A stretch of DNA of 57,930 nt, counting the filler, from Porpidia crustulata (taxonomy: Eukaryota): the NCBI GenBank assembly GCA_964255105.1. It is 7 parts of 7 records of this genome, joined end to end, with 100 filler letters (N's around TTAATTAATTAA, not from the genome) between each part and the next. Parts side by side here need not be neighbours in the genome. Positions count along the whole stretch, not along the records: positions 41,480 to 49,655 come from CAXUWE010001156.1; positions 49,756 to 57,930 come from CAXUWE010001157.1; 5 more parts are not named here. The stretch is one strand, 5' to 3'. Positions 47,335 through 57,930 of the stretch are shown here, one piece after another. Every line of letters starts with the position of its first letter. The stretch's first letter is position 1. The notes under the pieces were generated by a model. The model was given only the letters and a program-made list of their open reading frames with translations. It was not told the origin of the DNA and ran no database searches. The translations under genes and the position numbers were made by a program.

Positions 47335-49655
47335 ATGGTGGGCAAGAAATCTGGAAAGGCTCTCCTGCGGGAGGAAGGCATGTACTCCGAAATCATCAAC
47401 ATCGTCTGTCTAGCTGATCACTGCAAACCCCGAACTGACTTGACAATGGTAGGCCTTGAGAGAACGGACAACGGCATGGCCCTCACATCATGGCCTCAGG
47501 TCACCATGATCAATCAGAAGAACTACTACACGTAAGTTACCTCAACGTCCTGAGACTGTCCTGTCGAGTCTAGTGCAGTGCCCAGACTGGTCAAACGAAG
47601 ACTTCTACTTCTTGTCTAGTTTTGGCTAATTAATTTTCCGTCAAAATAGAGAGTATCTCAAGCGTGACGACCAAATTCTTTCCCTTCGTCTTCAGCAAGA
47701 GGAACGCCGTAATAAAATGGCGACTAATGCCAAAGACCGGGATCGAGCGCTTGCACGGGCCAAGCCAGGTGATTTGCCAGCTGCGGATGCAGACATTGAT
47801 ATGGAAGATGACGTGGGTGTGGAGGATGCCGATGGACTCCTGACGGGTCAGGATACTTCGGGGTCGAAGGTCATTGTGATACACCTTGGCAGTCAGAATT
47901 TGCGTATCGGTCTTGGAAGTGACGCACTTCCGAAGACTGTGCCCATGGTTATTGCGCGGAAATGGGAGACTAGCGAGTCTGAAGCCGACAATGGAGAGCC
48001 GAAACCAAAGAGGTGCAAGTTGGACGATGGATCTCTTATGGAACCTGAGAAGCTGTTTGGCGATGACGTATGAACGCTCCCAATACGAAGTTTCTGATCT
48101 AATCAGAGGATAGTTTTCAGCTCAGTATACAACGATGTGTGCCAACTTGAAAGTCCATATGCGCAATAATAAGCGTAGGGTTCTTCCCAATTCCAAAGAA
48201 CTGGTAGTCAACTACAACCGACGTACTCCGCCAGAAACGATATCAGAGCATAACGATCCTTTGCGTATCGACTGGACAGAGATTCCTAAGAATCCAGCCC
48301 AAGCTCCAGCGTTTTTTACCGGGAAAGAGGCGCTCAGGATTCCCGACAACTCAATCCCACAGTATCGACTCTTTTGGCCTTTGCAGCGAGGCTGGTACAA
48401 CGAAGATGCCTACAACAATAAGAAAGACATCTTTGACGATATCACCACCATTATCGAAGAGGCAATCAAAAATCAATTGAATCTGCGCCGCAAGAGGGAT
48501 TGGGTGCAGTATGGCTGTGTCTTTGTTTTACCGGATCTGTATGAGCGTCAGTATGTCACTCAATGCTTGGATATGATGATGCGAGACCTTGGTTTTGGTA
48601 GAGCATGCTTCATCCAGGAAAGCCTTGCTGCAACGTTTGGCGCAGGCTACACTCTTGCGTGTGTGGTCGATATTGGAGCTCAGAAAACGTCCATTTGCTG
48701 CGTCGAAGAAGGAATGTGTATTGAGAACTCTCGCGTCAATCTGAAGTACGGTGGAGCCGATATCACGGAAACCTTTATCAGGATGATGCTTTTCGATCAC
48801 TTTCCTTACGAGGATATCAACCTCAATCGTCGTTATGATTTCCTGCTTGCAGAGGAGCTTAAGTCAAAATTCTGTACGTTGAATGAAGGCGAAGTCAGTG
48901 TTCAGCTCTACGACTTTCACTTGAGGGCTCACGGCCAAGACACTCGTAAATACATGTTTAAGACTTACGATGAAGTTCTCCTAGCTGCCCAAGGCTACTT
49001 TCAACCATCAATATTTGACGACTCCAAGAAGCTAAAAGGTCGAAGAAAATTGATCGATCGATCGTACGATCTCTACGATGGCTCACCAAACGATCCTGTC
49101 TCATCCGCACAGTCAGCAATCATTACCACGATCAGCCCAAATATGCCATCGTTTCTACCTCCGAACTCTGGCTTTACCCCTAACGGTGATTTGACCAACG
49201 CACACGGACTGTCGACCCCAGTCCGCCAGATCGCAAACCCTCTCAGCAGACTCAACGAAATTGATCGCCTATCATCGTCCGCAGTCGGCACCCCAGCCTC
49301 CGAGAACGACGACGACACCCCTGCCCCACTGGCCGACGGCACCAGCCTCACCCAAATCTTCTTTAACCAATCACCCTCCCTCCGCGACGACGTCCTCGCC
49401 ACCGCCCCCCTCGACGCCGCCATCCTCACCTCCATCGCCCACGGCGCCCGCAATGACGACCGCAAAACCCGCGACTTCCTCGGCGCCATCATGGTCATCG
49501 GCGGTGGCTCCCAGACCCCCGGCTTCCCGTCCTTTTTGGAGCAGAAGCTCAAGGATGCGAAACCCGCGACCGCGGCAAAGGACATTTTGATCGGGACGCC
49601 GCCGAGGGAGTTGGATCCGCAGGGGGTGGTATGGAAGGGGGGCAGTGTGTTTGGG
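47335..49655 (+). CDS. ARP8: Actin-related protein Arp8 (INO80 complex); 3' end lost at the contig edge
   Basis: MVGKKSGKALLREEG|LERTDNG...INQKNYYT|EYLKRDDQ, VIVIHLGSQNLRIG, IQESLAATFGAG, VVDIGAQKTSICCVEEG, PPRELDPQGVVWKGG. Confidence 0.95.
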
Positions 49656-49755
49656 NNNNNNNNNNNNNNNNNNNNNNNNNNNNNNNNNNNNNNNNNNNNT
49701 TAATTAATTAANNNNNNNNNNNNNNNNNNNNNNNNNNNNNNNNNNNNNNNNNNNN
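49656..49755. other. Artificial contig linker
   Basis: N44-TTAATTAATTAA-N44. Confidence 0.98.
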
Positions 49756-51430
49756 CCCCCCTTCCCCCCAACCTCCGGCATCCGCGCCAACCAACCCGGC
49801 GGCCGGATCCCCGTCTGTTCGTCAATGGTGCTCAGCAGCGGCGGCAACCCCATCAGCAGATTCCTGATCGGAGCCATGCCATCGCTCGCGCCCACGCCCG
49901 CACCACCTTCGCCGGCGGCCGCAGCCCCGGTATTCCAAACCGAGATCTTAGGGTTCAGGCCGTGGATCGCGGCCGCGTTGGCTTGGGCCAGCTTCTCGTA
50001 CGTGCCGGTCGTCAGCATCAGCTACTGCAATAGCCCCTGCGGCCCGCCCATGACATCCGCCATGCGACCGTACGCGTCCGCCATGGCGGCGAGGCCCTCG
50101 GCTTCCTTCTTGCGGGCGAAGGCGGCGGCGTCGGCTTCCTTGGTGGCGCGGCGGTAGGCGGCCTCGGCGTCCTGGGTGGCGCGGTAGAGGAGGCCGTCGG
50201 CGCCCTTGGTGTCGGCGTAGAGGGTGGCGTCGGCCTGCTGCTGGGCGGATTCGCGGGCGATCTTGGCGTGGACGACTTCGGTGGCGCGGCGGCGCTCGAG
50301 CTCCATTTCGGCGCGTTTGATCTCGACGTCGCGTTGGAGCTCGGCGTCTTTGGCGTCGGCGAGCCGGCTGGCTTCGATGTTGGCGAGTTTGATGCCCATA
50401 TTGAGTTTGGTTTGGGTGTTGGTGAGCTGGGCGTCGGCATGGGCTTTTTCGCTCTTGCGCTGGGTTTCGAGGACGGCGGTTTGGGCGTCGATTTTGCTGA
50501 TTTTTTGGCGGGTCTCACCCATTTTTTCGGCTTCGCCAGTTTCACCGATCATGCGAGCGTTGGCGACGTCGATTCTTGCTTGGTTTGAGGCGCCTTCGTG
50601 GGCTTTGCGGGAGAGAAATTTGAAGTATTCGCTTCCTTGGGTGTCTTGAAGTTCTTTGACATTGGCATTGTAGCTATTAGCATCTCGTTAGCTTGTGTAC
50701 TTCTATCGCGCATTCGTACGATGATGAGCTTGCACGTAGAGAAGCCGCTAAAAAAAGACAGTGCTCATGCGGAGATGAGCGGCGTCAAAGGAAAATGGAG
50801 CAACGCATAGAGGTAAATTTGAATAGGCCAGTCTGAGCATCTCCGAGATGACCGCGAAGATACAAGACCGTCAGGATGGAGAGGCTATGAAGTTTGAAAA
50901 GGAGAAAGGGGAGATCATTATGCTCGAGACAGCAAGGGGGGTGAATTGTAATCGATTGCAAACACTCACATTCTTAGACCAAACTGATTTAGCTCACTCT
51001 GAACATTCTCAATCACCTTGGTCTTGAAGACCTGACGTTCCTTGAAAATCTCCTCCATCGTCATCCCCGAAACGATCACACGGGTCTCGCCCTCAATGAT
51101 CCCCTTGACAATATCCTGAACATGGTTGCGCCCTGTCGGTGTTGCCTGGCGGGCACTCTCGTTCTGCTCCCGTCCAGTCAGAATCTTCGCGTACTTCTCA
51201 AGCGCTGTCTGATCATCTTCTGGGCCAATGGTGAACACGGCTGGGAGTTGGAATTGCAGCTTCTCGATTGTCATTGCTTGTAGGGTAATCTCGAAGTCGA
51301 ACGGACTGATGGATATTCTGTTGCACTTTTGCCATGGGTACACCCAGGCTTTCTTGACGATCTTTACATCTTCGATGCCGCCTCCTGTGATGACGAGGTA
51401 GGAGTTTGCGTCAGAGACTTGATACCACAT
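49756..51430 (-). CDS. Flotillin-like SPFH protein (FloA-like) with an in-frame TAG at 50022-50024; 3' end truncated
   Basis: MWYQVSDANSYLVITGGGIEDVKIVKKA, LQAMTIEKLQFQLPAVFTIGP, GIIEGETRVIVSGMTMEEIF, intron about 50968-50675, YNANVKELQD, GGPQGLLQ*LMLTTGTYEKLAQANAAAIHGLNPKISVWNTG. Confidence 0.9.
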
Positions 51431-52515
51431 ATTGCCAAAGATCACCCAATGGGTGCACTATATTTCACAGACAGACAAGGGTGAAAGCGCGTAAAGATCG
51501 CTGGATTGGTTTGACCAGACCAAGAAGTTCAGTTGGATGGTAGATTGACGATTGAGAAAGAAGGAAGTGAAGAAGATTGAGAGCACTGAGATAATGATAA
51601 AGGTTCATTATATCAGAATGCAGGAAATGATACAACATGTAGAGATCCCAAGCCTTCACAAGCTGCGCAAAAAGCCTCATCCTAACAGAACTCATCACGC
51701 GACGATTTTGTTAAGGTACTAACGAGTCTATCGAGCCTGAAGGCTTGTGAGCTATGACAAACATTCCATTATTCCGTTCATGGTTGACATTGCGCAAGAA
51801 GATCCATGGTTCCATACCTGATATGAGCAGATTTCAGCCCTGAGCCTTATCACTATGTACCCCTCCAGTAAGCCTTGGCGGGCATTGTCAGCCTTGCTCG
51901 GTATGACAGCCCAAGGATCCCCCCATTACTTAACTCTAACTAGGTGCTTTTAGGCGATGCTGCACGCCATCTTCAAGTCTCTAGGCACCATTCTTAGGTA
52001 GGGCTAAGTGGGTGAGTGGCTACCTCAGTATCAATTTGATAATCATCATGTACCCAGATTATGTGAGACCCCAACATGATCTTATGCTGGACTAAACCTT
52101 CATGGTTTATAGCCTAGTCGGTATTAAAGAATCAATCCCCTCCCATCCTTCCGCAGCCCTTCTATTCCCATGGAACGGAGTGGCTCAGCACAGTGCAAGT
52201 AGGGATGTGGGTTTCGACTCACAGCACCAAAACATGTGACGAGGCATACTCGTATACGTCTCTATTGAATGCTCTAATGTGATTCTCTAAATTTCGCATG
52301 TGTCGAAAGATCTTTCTCACTTCTCGCTCATTTGGACTGATGACCGTCAGCTTCAATTCTTCACCCTCAGTCCACCCGACCGTCTTTCTTTTTGCTGGAC
52401 TGCATGACTTTCCCTCGGTACCGGATATATCCAGAATAGAGCCTGGAGCATTCTCGTTCACTTCCACCGTCAGGAGAATTCCATCAAGTGCATCTAGAGA
52501 GGCTTTCTCTCCATC

Positions 52516-53148
52516 ATGAAGCCCCCCGCCTCCGATCATTTGCCTTCTTATTCAGAAATAGACGAAGACTCAGTTCTTCCATCGCCGGCTTTCTTATCGG
52601 TCTCTCAACGTCAAAGTCAAAGCGCTACCCGCAGTGCCCTCATAAACGATCTCATTAGGAATCATATAATACCACAATGGTGTATCAATGCCACTTCAGC
52701 TGTAACGCAATGCACGCTTATACTCGTGCCCTCTAATGTCTCCGATCTTACACCTCCCACCACATCAAACGCCGATTCGAAAGACCCCAGCAGTAGGCCT
52801 GGTACTTTCGCCGGCGAAGTCGTTGTCGGCTTCCCAAGTCGCGAGAATCTAGCCATCGTCCGCCTCCAAGGTGATGCACAGACTCTCGAGTTCTGGCGTC
52901 AAGAGCTAGTGATTGAAGAACTAGAGCGATCACTTTGTGAAACGTTGCAGAAAGACCGTCTCAACGTCACCGCACAGGCATCCTCGGACTCGCAATGGAG
53001 ACATTTGGATGGAAAGGCGTTGGCTCTAGGAGAAGCGACAGTTGGTGTGGAGATCAGGCACATTTGTTTGAGGATTCAAAACCAGTTGGGTCTATACGAG
53101 ACAAGAACAGGAGAGGCCTTGGTTGTGCGGGTGGAGTTTTGTGTTTGA
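52516..53148 (+). CDS. Conserved-looking fungal hypothetical protein, 210 aa, with an N-terminal LPSY motif
   Basis: Single ORF; segments TLILVPS, VRLQG...EFWRQ and LRIQNQLGLYET look like family motifs; function unknown. Confidence 0.75.
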   Translation: MKPPASDHLPSYSEIDEDSVLPSPAFLSVSQRQSQSATRSALINDLIRNHIIPQWCINATSAVTQCTLILVPSNVSDLTPPTTSNADSKDPSSRPGTFAGEVVVGFPSRENLAIVRLQGDAQTLEFWRQELVIEELERSLCETLQKDRLNVTAQASSDSQWRHLDGKALALGEATVGVEIRHICLRIQNQLGLYETRTGEALVVRVEFCV

Positions 53149-53501
53149 GTACAGAAGATCATAATGGCCGCGGCGGGGAATCTTCATGCACCAGTAGGCC
53201 GTAGTAAAATCATTACGAGACTCTTATTCCCAAAGAGAAACGGGACCAGTGACACATGAGCGGTGGCGGTATCCAGGCTTATCGAACGAGTCGACCTCGA
53301 GGTATTGGCGAGTAAGTGATATACAAGAGACTCTGCAGGTCCAAACGTGAATCTTTGAGAAATGCTTCCAGATTTATACGATCCTACGAGAGTCGGATTC
53401 TATGAATGCTTGAGGGTAAAGCAGCAGCCACAACGCTATGTCAATGGACGTGACTCAAAGTTGCCTTCCAGCGTCGAATTATTCCGTGCCGTTCGAAACC
53501 A

Positions 53502-55073
53502 TTAGTCGTGTTGCATTGGGCTCAGAAGGTGTGAATTTGGTACGGAGATTTCGAAGGGGCCTCCTAAGTTATCAGCGTCGTTGGATCTGGAGAATGTCCC
53601 TCGCTTTGAGTAAAGAAGGGAGATATCACTGGGCATCTCATAGGGTGGTGGATCGTCTAAGAAGTCTGGCTTCATTTTGCCGGGTTGGCGAGCACCTCGA
53701 GATTCGAGATATTGAGATATTCTCGTATGATTGTTTGACATTGATTCGTACATCGGGGTCCGCAACTGCGCGTCATCAGCATCGATATCGGTGCCATTGG
53801 TGACTAATTCCCGAGCGATTGCATAATGACCAAGAGCTGCCGCGTAATGCAAGGGTGTTCGTCCGTTCTTATCTTTCCCTGACATCTCAATAGATTCCTT
53901 GGCCAGTAGTAAATGTGTAACACTCCGATGCCCGTTCATTGATCCAACATGGAGCGGCGATTCTTCATTATCATTTTTGATATTAGGGTCCACTCCTCGA
54001 GCCAGAAGATATCGAATCACAAAGACACAGCCCATTTTTGCAGCGTCATGTAGCAGTGTATTGCCTTTTCCATCAAGGGCTCGGGTGTTGGCACCATTAT
54101 CCAAGAGTATTTGCGCGATAGTATCATCACTATTGACCATAGCGGCGTATCAGGCAGTCCAGCCGTCCGAGTCCACTACAGCTATGTTCATACCAAGGCT
54201 TAGAAGGAAGCTGACGAGCGCTTCGTTCTTGGCCATCACAGCTCGAATCAAAGCACTGCATTATTTTCTGTCTTGGGCCTCGATATCAGCGCCTACTTCG
54301 TTGAGCGTCTTCATCATGGTTATGTCGAAGGACCCTGCAGCTGAAAAAAAGGCAGTGAAGCCATGCTCATCTATCATTTCAAGATCAGCCTCGTTAGAAG
54401 CCAGTATTCTTAGAACCTCATTGTGGTGATTTTTCACAGCGAGCATCAGTGCGGTCTGCTTTGCGTGATCTCGTAGATTGAGAGAACAGCAGTGGTTAAT
54501 AAGGAGCTGTACAATTACACAATCACCATTAGCAACAGACGCATGCAGTGCAGTCATACCCTTTCCATTGATTGCATTGACATGAGCACCTCCCTCGAGT
54601 AAGGTTTTAGCAGCATCGAAGTTGTTTTTTGAAACTGCGAGATGTAGTGGAAGGTCACCTGCTGAATCGCAGACGTTCACTCTGGGATGCCGTTCAGTCA
54701 GTAGGCCCAAAATTGACCCGTACTTCATATTCGCCGCGTGGTGGAATGCCGTAGACCATGACTTGGGTGCACCTGCGTTCTGCATACTAATCGGATTCAT
54801 CGCTCTCTCTCTTACTATTGACCCCGTAACGTTGGCGTCACAATCAAGCAGCAAGCGGACCATTGCAATTTTACCCTTCACGATCGCCATGTCTAGTGGT
54901 GTCATCCAGACAGGCCCCAAGGACCGACAAAAATTGGGGCTCACTCCACTCGCAAGGCATTTCTTGGCTTTCGCGAGATCGTTGTCTCGGGATGCATGGT
55001 AGAGGTCGTCAGAGCTATGTAAAAGACTGCCGATTCGACTCATGGAAGGCACTGGCTTTGGCAATTTATTCAA
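53502..55073 (-). pseudogene. Ankyrin-repeat gene with two in-frame stops
   Basis: About 10 ANK repeats (TPLDMAI, LPLHLAV, TALHAS, SPLHVG, TPLHYAA) in one frame, interrupted by TAA 54261-54263 and TGA 54150-54152; 5' start unclear. Confidence 0.8.
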
Positions 55074-55862
55074 AAAGTAGTCTGTGGAAGGAGTTTAATT
55101 GACGCCTTGGGAGAAAAATGATCAGACTCATGATACGACTCAAAATCGCTTTGTAGATCCATAGCTGCGCCTTGCGTAGCCCTTCGTTGACGAATCCTTC
55201 GCGCGCAGCCCCTATGCATGCGATTGCCACAGACGCAAATCAGGCTTCGAACCTCCATTCATTGCGAGGGATCTCAAACACTGAAAATGTTATAAATATA
55301 TGGTACAAATGGCCACCATCAAACCTTCCATTGCCTTGTCCTCACAGGTGACTTGTATTTGTAGGCTGCCAATCTCCGGTGGTTGGTGGCCTACAATTAT
55401 CGGATTTATCTATAACAGAATCTGCATAGACTGACCTCAACCTCTACGATTCGTCAATGAACAATGACTTCAATATGTTACGTTGGGAGTTTCTGAACAT
55501 CCAGGGTATCTTGAAGACGAGCAAAAGCGGTGCTTTGAAGGAGCATGATTGGAGGAAGATGCTTTTATTGTGACATGTTTTATCCTCAACCCAATGACTA
55601 CGGGGAGCAGGGGAGCTACGCCTGAGCAATTACATAGCTTCAACTTCGAGGCACAATCGCAGAAAATCGAAGGCCATGTCTTTCTTAGTGAAACCCCGCG
55701 TGGCCTTTTCTGTCAATAGATGGAAGCCAAGTCATGACATCCAGCCCCATTGACTAAACTTCCAAAAGGGACTCCTGGGTCTCCCTGAACACCTGATTTC
55801 TGCTTAATGCGCGAAAATCCATGCCCAAATGATCCGGATGGCAACCTGCTTCCATCGAAATC

Positions 55863-56899
55863 CTAATATCTTGCTCCCATCAACGATTGTCTCAACACCA
55901 TAATTTGGCTTCTTTCATGTGGTGGTAGACTATCAACCTGCTGCTGCGTCATAGCAAGGACCTGCTTCAGCAACTCCTCTTGGCCCGACTGCTGTGGCTG
56001 TTGGGGAGGAGGCACTTGCGACATCTGTGGAGGTGGTTGATATGCTGGATGATGAACGGGTGGCGTGGGCACATGCATTGGCCCAGGTGGCATTTGTTGG
56101 TATTGAGGATAGCTTTGCTGCTGCTGCTGCATTGGAGCGGGATGGTACACTGGTGGTGGCCGAGGAGGTGGTATATGCTGTTGTTGAGGTGGAGGTGGAG
56201 CAGCTGGTTGAGGCTGAGAAGCTTGTTCGACGACAGAGCCAAGTACAGATGTGTCAACAAGACCCATCAGGAGTAGGGCTTGAAAGATGGCGTAGGAAAG
56301 CTGTGGAGCTTGCTTGAGAAGCTCCGTAGCTTTGGCGGGATCACCCATTACAAGACCTTTCATTTGGGATAGGATATCGAGGAGTTGGGGAGCTGGGAGG
56401 GTCGCAAGGGTTTTTGAAATGGCATCAGGGCAGGTGAGGTTAGGTTGAAGATCGACACCAGGTGGTAAAGGCGGAAGTGACGATTGTGTAGGGTTTTCCT
56501 GTTGTGGGTTCATGTTGTGGCCGTTGGGGGGTATGTACGACGGTGGAGGTTGGGGGGCGTAATTTGAAGGTGCTTGATGGTCGTGAGAAAAGTCGACTCG
56601 GAGTTGACGTCCCATGATCTCGTAGTTGTTCATGTTTCGTACTGCTGAGGCGGCCGCGTCTTTATCCGCAAAAGTCATGAAACCGAAGCCTTTCGGACGG
56701 CCAGTCTCGCTGTCAGAAACGAGCCGGAATGATATGACATGGCCGACAGTGCTGAAAGTATGAATTATCTGCTCTTCACTAAGATCTGCAAGACACGATA
56801 AGTGTTGAACTCGGTCAAGCACAGGTAAGACGTACCATATGGAATGTTGCCGACAAAGACTGTCTTCTCAGGATCCGCCTTCCCTGGCTTATCGGCCAT
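55863..56899 (-). CDS. RNA15: Cleavage stimulation factor 64-kDa subunit (Rna15/CstF-64/Ctf1)
   Basis: RRM VFVGNIPY|DLSEEQI...FRLVSDSETGRPKGFGF; hinge AISKTLATLPAPQLLDILSQMK...PQLSYAIFQALLLM; C-terminal QVLAMTQQQVDSLPPHERSQIMVLR. Confidence 0.95.
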
Positions 56900-57214
56900 G
56901 CTGGGAGAGACACGATTCGCCTAGGTACCTCTAACTCTTAGCATGTACCACTAACAATAAAGTTCGAGGGTGTTGATCCAAATATGGGGCTTTCGCATCT
57001 TGCTCGTTTGTAGTGGGAAGTCGCGGCTTGTGTCCTGTAGGGCGTTGAAGGCATAATTTGAGATTTGCCACCGAAGCTTCTGCAGTACGCCGTAGAAAGA
57101 ACCTCACGAAAATGCCCTAGTTCGTTCAAGGCCGGCATCAAACAACTTCTACTCCTTTACAACAGTCCTGCTGCGTTTTTCAAGGCTTTCTGACCCCGCA
57201 GTTCATTCCTCGTT

Positions 57215-57930
57215 ATGGCAAACGATCCCCAGCAAACGTGGAGGAAGCTACAGCAAACTCTAGCCTCAGGTCAGCAGCAGGCACGAAAAGGCCTCGGAGG
57301 CAGTCCAAAAGGGTTTTTTGGAGGAGCTGCAGCGCTGGTACTACTTGGAGGGGGAGCAATCGTAGTTAACAACGCTCTGTTCAACGGTAAGCGATAAAGG
57401 TGCAGCATATCGTCAATAGTGCTGATCTGTCCCAGTGGATGGTGGTCACCGCGCCATAAAATACACAAGAATAGGTGGTGTACAGAAAGAGATCTATCCT
57501 GAAGGTATATATACATCGTAACCGCTCCAAATATCAGGACTAAACCACTACCAGGAACCCATTTCAACATCCCCTGGTTTGAGACTCCCATAACCTACGA
57601 TGTACGCGCCAAACCCCGTAACGTCGCCTCCCTGACCGGCACCAAAGACCTGCAAATGGTCAACATAACGTGTCGTGTGCTCTCTCGCCCCCAGGTCGAC
57701 GCTCTCCCCCAGATCTACCGTACGCTCGGTACCGACTACGACGAACGAGTATTACCTTCAATCGTCAATGAGGTTCTGAAGAGCGTAGTCGCCCAGTTCA
57801 ACGCCAGCCAACTGATCACACAGCGTGAAAACGTCGCTCGACTTGTCCGCGAGAACCTAGCACGAAGAGCATCAAGATTCAACATCGTCCTCGACGACGT
57901 CTCCCTAACCGTAAGCTACCATCCCATCCC
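57215..57930 (+). CDS. PHB2: Prohibitin-2; 3' end truncated by the window end
   Basis: [93 protein letters not shown]. Confidence 0.96.

Noticed and set aside
50022..54263. Alternative genetic code explaining the in-frame stops
   Set aside because: The internal stops are of three types (TAG, TAA, TGA) and all three terminate normal genes elsewhere in the window.
49756..57930. Two SPFH-domain genes (flotillin and PHB2) on one contig as a functional cluster
   Set aside because: Distant subfamilies acting in different compartments and separated by unrelated genes; likely coincidence.

Overview
Filamentous ascomycete (Pezizomycotina) DNA with spliceosomal introns. The window is not one locus. 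It is seven contigs (8205, 8204, 8200, 8188, 8182, 8176 and 8175 bp, in descending size order) joined by artificial 100-nt N44-TTAATTAATTAA-N44 linkers, so gene neighbourhoods hold only within a contig. Contig 1: hypothetical gene, NTF2/SnoaL-like (AusH/Trt14-like) gene, amino-acid permease. Contig 2: the best candidate for a new system, a partial terpenoid cluster with a UbiA-type (Fma-TC-like) membrane terpene cyclase, a convergent CYP58-clan-like P450 (5'-truncated), a PTH11/SAT4-like membrane protein and an SDR, followed by a frameshifted gene relic. Contig 3: SPT4, an AT-hook protein, SET2. Contig 4: a structured repeat relic, a decayed HET gene facing an intact HET gene, a Cys-rich single-pass protein. 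Contig 5: ULP2-like SUMO protease, class II eIF4E, three tandem candidate uORFs. Contig 6: RCC1, a cyclase-family gene with an apparent GT..TG intron, ARL1, ARP8. Contig 7: flotillin with an in-frame TAG where Tyr is expected, a hypothetical gene, an ankyrin pseudogene, RNA15/CSTF2, PHB2. All family assignments come from motif recognition by eye; no database searches were run.
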